A DNA stretch of 64,000 bases from Halarcobacter sp. (GTDB lineage Bacteria; Campylobacterota; Campylobacteria; Campylobacterales; Arcobacteraceae), in NCBI GenBank assembly GCA_963676565.1, contig OY781089.1, forward strand, positions 2,176,001 through 2,240,000, written 5' to 3'. Shown piece after piece: positions 52,605 to 61,235 of this stretch (position 1 is the stretch's first letter; the number at the start of each line of letters is the position of its first letter). A program made the position numbers and the translations under genes. The notes under the pieces were generated by a model. That model ran no database searches. It was not told the origin of the DNA and saw nothing but the letters and a program-made list of their open reading frames with translations.

Positions 52605-53417
52605 ATGGATATAAATAGTATTAATAATAATTTAACAAACTCCTTAAATAGTGTACCAAATCAACAAGTTGGTGCTTCAAATAAAACAGAAACCATTAAT
52701 AGAAATGAAGATTCTTTTTCCCTTTCAATTAATGAATATAATAAAAAAAGAGATGAATTATCTGCCTCTTTACAAACTTTTAATGAAGGTATTGGTGTTG
52801 CAATTACTGCTCAAAATGGTATTGAAAAACAAAAAGAAACCTTACAAAAAATAAGTGATAAATTAACTTTCAGAGAAGAAGATTTACAAAATAACGTTGA
52901 CAAAAATCAAGTTAAAAATGAGATAAATCAAGAGCTTTTAAACTTTAGAGAAATTGCATTTGAAACAACTTATAAAAGAGAAAATTTGTTATATGTTGAT
53001 CAATATGATGAAACAACTTCAATTGATATCTCTACAAAAGAAGCATATTTTTCAATGGATAAACCTAACACTCCTGAAGTAGCTATTGCAATTGGAAATG
53101 CAGTAAGTAAAAATGATTTAAACAATCAAGAACAACTAAATGAAACAATTGAAATTGTGAAAGAAGGTATTAAAGCCCTTGATAATGTTCAATCACAATT
53201 TCAAGATTTAAGAACTAATCTTGTGGAAAGTGCTAGAGAATCAATTCAGGAACAAAAAGATTTAACAAATCAAAATAGAATTACAAAACAATATGACTTC
53301 CCAAAAGAAGTTACAGATTTTACTAAATCAAATGTTATAGCAAATGCTGGATATTTGGCTGCTTCACAGGCAAATATTGTTCAAGAGCAAAGTGTAAAAT
53401 TAGTTGGTGTTAGATAG
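52605..53417 (+). CDS. Divergent flagellin-like protein
   Basis: NEGIGVAITAQNGI resembles flagellin N-terminal D1. DF..EVTDFTKSNV...AG...SQAN matches the flagellin C-terminal helix. AAGGAG SD. Confidence 0.72.
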   Translation: MDINSINNNLTNSLNSVPNQQVGASNKTETINRNEDSFSLSINEYNKKRDELSASLQTFNEGIGVAITAQNGIEKQKETLQKISDKLTFREEDLQNNVDKNQVKNEINQELLNFREIAFETTYKRENLLYVDQYDETTSIDISTKEAYFSMDKPNTPEVAIAIGNAVSKNDLNNQEQLNETIEIVKEGIKALDNVQSQFQDLRTNLVESARESIQEQKDLTNQNRITKQYDFPKEVTDFTKSNVIANAGYLAASQANIVQEQSVKLVGVR

Positions 53418-54330
53418 ATTTATTTATACAATAATCTATCGCAACACCTTCCCTTAATCCATCATCTAAAACAATAGATTCTTTCTTTTCTAAAACTTCA
53501 AAAATAGTTTTATATATATAAATACCCACTTCAATAAACTCTACTCTACCACGTCCAACTAGATTTGTAATAGTTTCGTTATTTGAATTTTTAAACATTT
53601 CTAAGGATTCATCTAAATCTTTTATATTTACTATTGTTCCATTAACTTCATCTTTATCATAATGGAAAAAATCTTGTCCCAGTTTTATAGCAGCAATAGT
53701 TGTAGGTGTTCCAGCAGTTGCTACAAAGGTATAATCTTTTAAATTAATATCTAATTCATCTAAAAAAAGTTTTATCTCTTTTTTCCAATTTTCTAATTCA
53801 TCCATTAACTTATCGTTAGATAGATATTTTTGAGTAAGTGTTACAATGCCAAAATTAAAACTTTTTGATTTAAAACTATCCCTATCATTTAGAATAATCT
53901 CCGTTGAGCCACCACCAATATCTAAAAGAACAAATTTAGAGGAATTTATCTTTTCTCTTTTTAATGCATATTTAACAGCTAAAAGTGTTAATCTAGCTTC
54001 CTCTTTCCCATCTATTATCTTAAATCTTGCACCTGTAGTTTTCTCAAAATGTTTTAATACATCATCTCTATTTGAAGCTAATCTCATTGCAGCAGTTGTT
54101 ACACAAACTGCAGTATTTGGATCATATTCTAATTTTTTAGATGAACGTATAATTGCATCAATTACTCTTTCTTGGGCTTCAATAGAGATATTACCAGTTT
54201 CATTTAAACCATCAGCCATACCAACAACTTCATTATATTCGTTAATAATTTTGTGATTTAAACAATCATAAATCAAGACTCTAAAAGAATTAGAGCCTAA
54301 ATCAATAGTTGTTACTTTATTCATGTACAA
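53410..54330 (-). CDS. ppx: Ppx/GppA exopolyphosphatase (short form)
   Basis: IDLGSNS, TAAMR, EEARL, DIGGGSTE, GLREG. Confidence 0.9.
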   Translation of the reverse strand: MYMNKVTTIDLGSNSFRVLIYDCLNHKIINEYNEVVGMADGLNETGNISIEAQERVIDAIIRSSKKLEYDPNTAVCVTTAAMRLASNRDDVLKHFEKTTGARFKIIDGKEEARLTLLAVKYALKREKINSSKFVLLDIGGGSTEIILNDRDSFKSKSFNFGIVTLTQKYLSNDKLMDELENWKKEIKLFLDELDINLKDYTFVATAGTPTTIAAIKLGQDFFHYDKDEVNGTIVNIKDLDESLEMFKNSNNETITNLVGRGRVEFIEVGIYIYKTIFEVLEKKESIVLDDGLREGVAIDYCINKSI

Positions 54331-54334
54331 ATTT

Positions 54335-54892
54335 CTATGGGTGAGGAATTTTCATTTTAGAATTTAATGACCAACCAATTAATATCATTAAAATAAGAAC
54401 AACATTTTCATTCATAATACCAGTTAGCCAAACAAGATAAACTACCCATAAAAGAATAGCTCCTAAAGGTGTTGGCACGCCTGTAAAATATTTTTCTACT
54501 ATACCCTCTTCAGCATTTATATTAAACTGAATTAACCGTCTAAGACCTGAGATTACATAATAAATAAAAGCAAATGCAACAAGTGGCGTAAATAACATAA
54601 GTTCTTTTGTGTCAATTATTGCAAAATAGATAAACATAGTTGGAACTATAACAAAAGATAAGAAATCAGCAAATGAGTCTAATTGAATACCAAACTCTGT
54701 TGAAAGATTATATTTTCTTGCAATTTTTCCATCAACAATATCAAATCCTCCTGCTAACCATGCAAAAAGTGCAGCAGCAAAAAATTCATTATGAGTTAAA
54801 AAATATATAGCCATAATACCTGCTGAGATGTTAAAAAAAGTTGCCAAATTAGCTAAATTAAAATGGCTATTTTTATTAAAAAGAAATGTCAT
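54335..54892 (-). CDS. CDP-alcohol phosphatidyltransferase (PssA-like)
   Basis: DIVDGKIAR...G..LDSFAD signature, FTGVPTP. Confidence 0.85.
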   Translation of the reverse strand: MTFLFNKNSHFNLANLATFFNISAGIMAIYFLTHNEFFAAALFAWLAGGFDIVDGKIARKYNLSTEFGIQLDSFADFLSFVIVPTMFIYFAIIDTKELMLFTPLVAFAFIYYVISGLRRLIQFNINAEEGIVEKYFTGVPTPLGAILLWVVYLVWLTGIMNENVVLILMILIGWSLNSKMKIPHP

Positions 54893-56013
54893 TAGTTCCC
54901 TTCGTTTTCATAGATTGTATACTGATTTCTACCGTTTTGTTTTGACAGATAAAGCGATTCATCAGCAATTTTGTATAATCTATTACAAGATACATAAGAG
55001 TTTGCTTCATAAATAACAGCTCCTATTGATATTGTAACAATGTTTGATATTTTACTATTTTTATGCTCAATATTTAATGATTCGATATTTTTGTTAACAT
55101 CTTTTAAGCATTCTTCCAGGGTTTCTTTATCAATATCAAATAATATTACTCCAAACTCTTCCCCACCTAATCTAAAAACATACTCATAGTCTTTATTAAA
55201 ATATGCTTTTAAAGAATTAGCTACAGCTTTTAAAGTTATATCACCCATATCATGGCCATAAGTATCGTTATACTGCTTAAAAAAATCAATATCTAACATA
55301 ACAAATGCAGTATTCCATTTATTTGCATTAGAGATAAATGGCATATTGTCAAATATTTGGTCAAAATACTTTCTATTATAAAGTGATGTCATAGCATCTG
55401 TAATTGATTCCATTTTATATTTTTTTGTAAGAATTTTTAATTGATTATCTTTTTTTATAATAGAATAAATAATTAAGGCAATAAATAAAAATGATATAAA
55501 TACTAAGATAACCATATTGTAAAAAAGGTAGTCTTTCATTGAAGAATACTCTTTTAAAAATGCTTTACGTTTTTCATAAGCAACATCTTTTTCATGTTTT
55601 TTTAAAAAGTTGATTTTTTTTATAACATCTTTATATTCAAATATTTTTGTTTTATCATTTAAAGAATTGTTTACATCTATACTAATTTTATCAACAACTT
55701 TTCTTTCTTCATCACCTTTAAAAGCGTTATCATAATAATTCCACTCTTTTTTTATCTCTTTAAAAAAGGGTTCCCTATTGCATTTTTTATGTGTTCTCAT
55801 ACAAGTAATTAGATTCTCGAAGTTATCTTCTATTGTGTGAAGTTTTAAAACTGGGATATAATTACCAAAATAGATATAGTCTATTCTTTTTTTTAATTTA
55901 TCAATCTGAGAATTAAACATAAAACTAGAAATAAGTAATGAAACTAAAATTATAAAACTTAAAATAGCTAGCTTAAAAATAGTACTTTTATAAAATTCTT
56001 TATTAATTTTCAT
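54892..56013 (-). CDS. Membrane-bound diguanylate cyclase
   Basis: Two TM helices with a periplasmic sensor. DIDFFKQYNDTYGH, RLGGEEF. Confidence 0.92.
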   Translation of the reverse strand: MKINKEFYKSTIFKLAILSFIILVSLLISSFMFNSQIDKLKKRIDYIYFGNYIPVLKLHTIEDNFENLITCMRTHKKCNREPFFKEIKKEWNYYDNAFKGDEERKVVDKISIDVNNSLNDKTKIFEYKDVIKKINFLKKHEKDVAYEKRKAFLKEYSSMKDYLFYNMVILVFISFLFIALIIYSIIKKDNQLKILTKKYKMESITDAMTSLYNRKYFDQIFDNMPFISNANKWNTAFVMLDIDFFKQYNDTYGHDMGDITLKAVANSLKAYFNKDYEYVFRLGGEEFGVILFDIDKETLEECLKDVNKNIESLNIEHKNSKISNIVTISIGAVIYEANSYVSCNRLYKIADESLYLSKQNGRNQYTIYENEGN

Positions 56014-56117
56014 GGGCGAATTATATCAAATAATTTATTATAAGTGATTATTTTTAACTTAACTTGTGCTTAATAATCTATTGGATATAATCGCGACTTT
56101 CAAAGAAAGGTATTAAT

Positions 56118-57662
56118 TTGTTAAATATTAAAAATACATTTATAGGTCAATCTGTAAAAAGTGATGTATTATCTGGAATTGTTGTTGCAATTGCTTTAGT
56201 TCCTGAAGCAATTGCATTTTCAATTATAGCTGGAGTTTCTCCCTTAGTTGGATTGTACACAGCTTTCATATTAGGTTTAATTACAGCTCTAGTTGGTGGT
56301 AAAGCTGGAATGATAAGTGGTGCAACGGGAGCTATTGCAGTTGTTCTTGTAGGGCTTGGGGTAAAAGTTAAAGAATCTTTATCCCCTGAAATGTTACAGC
56401 AACTAAGTGCAAATGGTGAACTATCAACTTACATTTTACAATATATTCTTGTTGCAACAATTATAGCTGGAATAATTCAAGTTTCAATTGGTGCTTTTAG
56501 GTTAGGTAAATTGATTAGACTTGTACCACAACCAGCTATGTATGGTTTTGTAAATGGTCTTGCAATTGTTATAGCAATGGCTCAATTTCCACTATTTGAA
56601 GGTGAAAATTGGATTATGTATGTACTTGTAGCCTCAACAATGATTATAGTTAAATTTTTTCCGAAAATTTCAACAGCAATTCCTTCAGGATTAGTTGCGA
56701 TTGTAGTGATTTCAGCAATTGTTATTGGTATGGATTTAGATACAAAAAGAGTTGGTGATTTAGCAAATATTTCAGGAAATCTTCCAAGTTTTGCAATCCC
56801 AACCTTACATATAACAATGGAGTCTATAATTACAGTATTACCATATTCGATTTTAGTTGCTTTAGTTGGACTAATTGAATCTTTACTAACACTTTCTGTT
56901 TTAGATGAAATGGGTGGAAACAGAGGAAGTGGAAACCAAGAATGTATTGCTCAAGGAAGTGGAAATATTATTTGTGGTTTTTTTGGAGGAATGGCAGGTT
57001 GTGCAATGATTGGACAATCAATTATTAACTTTTCAAATGGAGGATGGGGAAGATTATCGGGTGTAACAGCTGCAGTTTTATTAATCTCTTTTGTTGTTTC
57101 TTTATCTTCTTATATTGCTATGATTCCTGTTGCAGTTTTAGTTGGAATTATGTTTATGGTTTCAATTGGTACTTTTGAATGGGAGAGCGGAAATAGAATT
57201 AGATTTATGCCAAACTCTGATAAGTTTGTTTTAGTTGCTGTTACTGTTATCACAATCTTTGCAGACTTAGCAATTGCCGTAATTACAGGTATTATAATCT
57301 CTGCTCTTGTATTCGCATGGAATCACTCTAAAGTTAGATCAAGAACATATAGAGAAAATGAAAATACAAAAGTTTATGAATTTGATGGTCCTTTATTTTT
57401 TGGTTCAACAACTTCATTTTTTGAACTTTTTGATACAAAACATGATCCTGAAAATATTGTATTAGATTTTAAAAATGCAAGAGTAATGGATATTTCAGGT
57501 GTTGAGGCAATTGATAATATAACAAAAAAATATGCTGATATGGGCAAAAAACTTGTTATTAGACATTTAAGTAAAGATTGTAAACAAATACTTAAAAATG
57601 CTGGTCCTTTTTGTACTTATGAAGAGGATGATCCAAACTACAAAGTTGCTATCGACTACTAA
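56118..57662 (+). CDS. SulP family anion transporter with STAS domain (second paralog)
   Basis: ALVPEAIAF, MISGATGA, GCAMIGQS, GPLFFGS. Confidence 0.92.
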   Translation: MLNIKNTFIGQSVKSDVLSGIVVAIALVPEAIAFSIIAGVSPLVGLYTAFILGLITALVGGKAGMISGATGAIAVVLVGLGVKVKESLSPEMLQQLSANGELSTYILQYILVATIIAGIIQVSIGAFRLGKLIRLVPQPAMYGFVNGLAIVIAMAQFPLFEGENWIMYVLVASTMIIVKFFPKISTAIPSGLVAIVVISAIVIGMDLDTKRVGDLANISGNLPSFAIPTLHITMESIITVLPYSILVALVGLIESLLTLSVLDEMGGNRGSGNQECIAQGSGNIICGFFGGMAGCAMIGQSIINFSNGGWGRLSGVTAAVLLISFVVSLSSYIAMIPVAVLVGIMFMVSIGTFEWESGNRIRFMPNSDKFVLVAVTVITIFADLAIAVITGIIISALVFAWNHSKVRSRTYRENENTKVYEFDGPLFFGSTTSFFELFDTKHDPENIVLDFKNARVMDISGVEAIDNITKKYADMGKKLVIRHLSKDCKQILKNAGPFCTYEEDDPNYKVAIDY

Positions 57663-57667
57663 AATTT

Positions 57668-57700
57668 AAGGGATAAAATTAATTTTATCCCTTTCTTTAC
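57668..57700 (+). terminator. Intrinsic terminator after SulP
   Basis: Palindrome AAGGGATAAAATTAATTTTATCCCTT followed by a T-rich tract. Confidence 0.8.
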
Positions 57701-57752
57701 TTTTATTTTTTTCTTTGATATAATCCTATAAATATACAAAAATGAGTTCGTT

Positions 57753-58040
57753 ATGGAAATAAATAATAATTTATCAAGTTCTTCTTCAATATATATGCAA
57801 TTGGCTCAAAAAAGAGCGCAATTATCTAGTATTGACAGACAAGAGATAAGTAAATCAACCCAAGATTCCTATGATAAATTAAATGAATCTAACTCTACCT
57901 ATGATAAACAAGAGTATCAAGTAAGCTTAGATGTATCAACTTCTGTAAATGAATTAGGTTCTGCTGATGCACAAATATCTAGAAGTGCAAACTTAAACAA
58001 AATGTTACTTCAAAGTATTGGAGGAAATTATGAGAATTGA
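57753..58040 (+). CDS. Hypothetical protein (possibly an internally shortened SprA-related family member)
   Basis: 95 aa ORF with an upstream TATAAT. Its stop overlaps the next gene. Confidence 0.6.
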   Translation: MEINNNLSSSSSIYMQLAQKRAQLSSIDRQEISKSTQDSYDKLNESNSTYDKQEYQVSLDVSTSVNELGSADAQISRSANLNKMLLQSIGGNYEN

Positions 58041-58281
58041 TAATAATTTAAATGGTATGCTAGCAGCTCAAATACAAGTAAATCAAAATGCACAAACAAT
58101 TGCAAGTACAACAAAAAGCTCAACAGATATTGAAAATCAAGAGACTTTACCTTCAAATACTCAAGATTTTACAAACGCTATGGTTGATATGATACCTCAA
58201 ACAATAGCCTATGAAGCAAATGCAAATGGGATAAAAACAAAAGACGAGATGATGTCTACAATTTTAGATATAAAGGCTTAA
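58030..58281 (+). CDS. Small protein with a flagellar basal-body rod/hook C-terminal-like domain
   Basis: GGAGG SD before ATG 58030. D...MVDMI....AYEAN...IKT.DEM...ILDIK matches the FlgC/E/G C-terminal helix. Confidence 0.72.
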   Translation: MRIDNNLNGMLAAQIQVNQNAQTIASTTKSSTDIENQETLPSNTQDFTNAMVDMIPQTIAYEANANGIKTKDEMMSTILDIKA

Positions 58282-58282
58282 A

Positions 58283-58714
58283 ATGGATAAAATTAATATT
58301 GTTTGCCCTCACTGCAAAAAAATTAATTCAATACCAAAAAAAGATTCTTATTCAAAAGCAAATTGTGGTTCTTGTAAAAACTCACTTCTTGATACAACAC
58401 CAATTGAATTGGATGAAAGTAACTTTGATCATGTTGTAGTTAACTCACAAATACCTGTTATAGTTGATTTTTGGGCTCCTTGGTGTGGACCATGTAAAAT
58501 GTTTGCGCCTATTTATAATGAAACATCTCAAAAATATCCTTTAAAAGCATTATTTACAAAGGTAAATACAGAAGAACAGCAAAATTTAGGTGCTAAATAT
58601 GGTATTAGATCAATTCCTACATTAGTGGTTTATAAAAATGGTGTTGAAGTAAAAAGAGTAAGTGGAGCACTTGACCCATTAAGATTAGCTAATTTAGTTA
58701 ATGAATTTATATAA
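58283..58714 (+). CDS. trxC: Thioredoxin 2
   Basis: CPHC and CGSC zinc finger, WAPWCGPC active site. Confidence 0.93.
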   Translation: MDKINIVCPHCKKINSIPKKDSYSKANCGSCKNSLLDTTPIELDESNFDHVVVNSQIPVIVDFWAPWCGPCKMFAPIYNETSQKYPLKALFTKVNTEEQQNLGAKYGIRSIPTLVVYKNGVEVKRVSGALDPLRLANLVNEFI

Positions 58715-58715
58715 A

Positions 58716-59450
58716 CTATTTTCTTAAAACTAAAATACCTGGAGTTTTTTTAATATAGTCAACAAAAAGTTCATCAACAACTTTTCTATTAGATTTTTTA
58801 CTTGAAGCATGTCTAAAAAAGGTTTTGCCATCTTTTTTTACAATCATTCCAGTGTGTGTTACATCTAAGCCATTTAAAGGGGTGTAAATACCTATATAAT
58901 CTCCACTTTGAAGTTTGATTAAGATATCTTTTGTGATGTATTTAGGTTCTAAGTATTCTATTTCTCTTTTATTTATATCAATACCTTTTAGAAACAAATC
59001 TTTATCATTTTTTTTGTTTAAATATTTTATTTGTTTTTTTGTATTTTTTGATAAGTTTGAAGTGATATTCTCAAAACCATTTTGTGTTATCCAATCTGTA
59101 AAAAAATGGTTTCTATTTTTAAAAGAGATTGTAGAATTTTTATATCTGAGAGAAATTAGATTTTTTTTAAAGCTTTCAAAATCATTTGAATTTTTAATAG
59201 CCTCAATATAATCAACATAGGTAAAGCAGTCAAGATTTGCTAAATCTATAACTAGTTTTTCTTTTTTTGATGATGAGCCTATTAAAACATTTGCTTTATA
59301 AGAAGTGTTTAGAAAAGCACTTGATATTTCATCTATCGATTTCTCTTTTTCTAAAAACTTATTGAAGCTATTTTTACTCCAATTACCAAGGTTTACATCT
59401 TGAGCAAATAAGGAAAAGACTAAAAAAGAAAAAAGAAAAATAAATTTCAT
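58716..59450 (-). CDS. DUF1460 family peptidoglycan amidase-like protein
   Basis: Signal peptide, LDCFTY, RNHFFTDW, LDVTHTG, HASS. Confidence 0.8.
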   Translation of the reverse strand: MKFIFLFSFLVFSLFAQDVNLGNWSKNSFNKFLEKEKSIDEISSAFLNTSYKANVLIGSSSKKEKLVIDLANLDCFTYVDYIEAIKNSNDFESFKKNLISLRYKNSTISFKNRNHFFTDWITQNGFENITSNLSKNTKKQIKYLNKKNDKDLFLKGIDINKREIEYLEPKYITKDILIKLQSGDYIGIYTPLNGLDVTHTGMIVKKDGKTFFRHASSKKSNRKVVDELFVDYIKKTPGILVLRK

Positions 59451-59451
59451 A

Positions 59452-59946
59452 TCATCTATTTTCTTTTATAAATTTAAAAAAATCATTCATTTGAGTTTCA
59501 TTGAAAATAGTTATACCATTTTCACTAAGAAGTTTAGCTGTTAAACCTTGTCCTTCTATAAAGTTTCCACTAAAGCTTCCATCATAGATTTGAGTATTTC
59601 CACAAGATGGAGAATTGGACTTTAAAAGTGCTAATTTAATATCTTCATTTTTACACAATTCAAGGGTATTTTTAGCTCCTAATAAAAAGTTTATTGTTAC
59701 ATCCTTTCCTTCTTTATTTTTTACAATAAAAGGTTTTTGTCTTGAAACAATTTCTGATGGAACTCTTGGAGTTGGTAAGCCTCCACTAACTTCAGGACAA
59801 AATGAGTAAATCTCATTAGAACAAAGGATATCCATAAAACGTTCTTTTTGAGAAAAAGTAAAAGTTGAATTATAAGCTATAGATGAATTATCACCATCAT
59901 ATCTAACGTTTTCACCTAAAAGGCAAGAAGAGATTAATATTTTCAT
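59452..59946 (-). CDS. DUF523 / 2-thiouracil desulfurase (TudS) family
   Basis: ISSCLLGENVRYDG, CPEV.GGLPTPR, KSNSPSCG. Confidence 0.88.
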   Translation of the reverse strand: MKILISSCLLGENVRYDGDNSSIAYNSTFTFSQKERFMDILCSNEIYSFCPEVSGGLPTPRVPSEIVSRQKPFIVKNKEGKDVTINFLLGAKNTLELCKNEDIKLALLKSNSPSCGNTQIYDGSFSGNFIEGQGLTAKLLSENGITIFNETQMNDFFKFIKENR

Positions 59947-60704
59947 TAATCTCTATCCAATAACTCTTTATCAAAAAAAGTTGATGTCTGAATATTATTA
60001 AATGCTGCTTTCATTGAGATAAACATTTGAGGATTATCCTCTTCCATCTTTTCTAAAAGTTCTTTTGTTTTAGCTCTTGCATATGGCATTTTAATATCAA
60101 ATCTCATAGCTGGACAAGCTTCATCTCCAATAACCATAATCTCATTTGTTTGAGCAAAAGCTCTTAGTTGTCTTTCTCTACAAAATATAAGTGGTCTAAT
60201 AACTTCTAAACCATTTTCAGCCTTATAAGCTGGTGGCATAGATCTTAAAGCACCATTGTATAAAAAGTTCATAAAAAATGACTCCATAGCATCATCAAGG
60301 TGATGTCCTAGGGCAAGTTTATTGTAACCTTGTTCCAATGCAGTTGAATATAAATACCCTCTTCTCATTCTAGAAAAAAACGAACAAAATGAAGAATTCT
60401 TTCTAATCTTTTCTTTTGATAATTCAAAGATTTCAGTATCAATAATCTCGTGTTCAATTCCATGTTCTTTGCAATGATCAGCTAAAAATTGAACTTGTTC
60501 ACCCATACCATAAGTAACGGTTACAGCTTTAAATTCAAAATTAAATGGTGTAACTCTTTTTAAATGATTTAAAGCATGAATAAGTGTTGTTGAGTCTTTT
60601 CCACCTGAAAACCCAACTAAAACTTTGTCACCCTCTTTTATAAGTCCATACTCTGCGTTTGTCTTACCTACTACTTTTGAAATTTTTTTACTTAACTCTA
60701 CCAA
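59946..60704 (-). CDS. ttcA: tRNA 2-thiocytidine biosynthesis TtcA family protein
   Basis: SGGKDS PP-loop, CSFFSRMRRG, LGHHLDD, VIRPL. Confidence 0.85.
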   Translation of the reverse strand: MVELSKKISKVVGKTNAEYGLIKEGDKVLVGFSGGKDSTTLIHALNHLKRVTPFNFEFKAVTVTYGMGEQVQFLADHCKEHGIEHEIIDTEIFELSKEKIRKNSSFCSFFSRMRRGYLYSTALEQGYNKLALGHHLDDAMESFFMNFLYNGALRSMPPAYKAENGLEVIRPLIFCRERQLRAFAQTNEIMVIGDEACPAMRFDIKMPYARAKTKELLEKMEEDNPQMFISMKAAFNNIQTSTFFDKELLDRD

Positions 60705-60848
60705 AATAAATATTTCCTATAATTTTTTCGCGATTATAACATAATTTACTCAAATTTCAATTATGATAAAAACAAGTAGACAGATTAACTATTATTTTAG
60801 GTAATTTAATTATAATTTGAGTCCAAGTTTAAAAAAAAGAATTAATAT

Positions 60849-61049
60849 ATGACTCAAGAAGAGATACAAGAATTTAAAGAAACAATCGCTAAGAATATAA
60901 TGCCACTAGTTCAGAATATGACTGAAGAACAAATTAAAAATACTATTGTAAATGTAGAAAAAAATAATCCTGATTTACCAAAGGGATTTGGAAATATGCT
61001 TTTCGAGCAAATAATGATTTTAAAATTTATTAGAAAAAGTCAACAGTAG
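60849..61049 (+). CDS. Small hypothetical protein
   Basis: 66 aa ORF with an upstream TATAAT and an internal repeat MTQEEI/MTEEQI. SD is weak. Confidence 0.6.
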   Translation: MTQEEIQEFKETIAKNIMPLVQNMTEEQIKNTIVNVEKNNPDLPKGFGNMLFEQIMILKFIRKSQQ

Positions 61050-61051
61050 TT

Positions 61052-61148
61052 GAAAAGAAAGATTAACATTAAAGAAGCAGACAAATATAATCTATTAAGG
61101 AGTGGGAGTAGGAATATAAAGTTATAGATGCCTGTTCTTTATTGTTAA
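61052..61148 (-). ncRNA. Candidate small RNA with an anti-SD C-rich loop
   Basis: Long imperfect stem 61063-61090/61122-61148, loop CCUACUCCCACUCCUUA, TGtTATCAT -10 box at 61152-61160, U-rich tail. Confidence 0.55.
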
Positions 61149-61200
61149 AGAATGATAACAAGAAAAAGTGTCTAAAAAGTAGTGAAATTAGATTTTTTTC

Positions 61201-61231
61201 AAAAAATGCTATGATTTTCATCATAGCATTT
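61201..61231 (-). terminator. Intrinsic terminator of putA
   Basis: AAATGCTATGA-TTTTCA-TCATAGCATTT stem with a U-run on the minus strand, 5 nt past the stop. Confidence 0.85.
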
Positions 61232-61235
61232 AATT

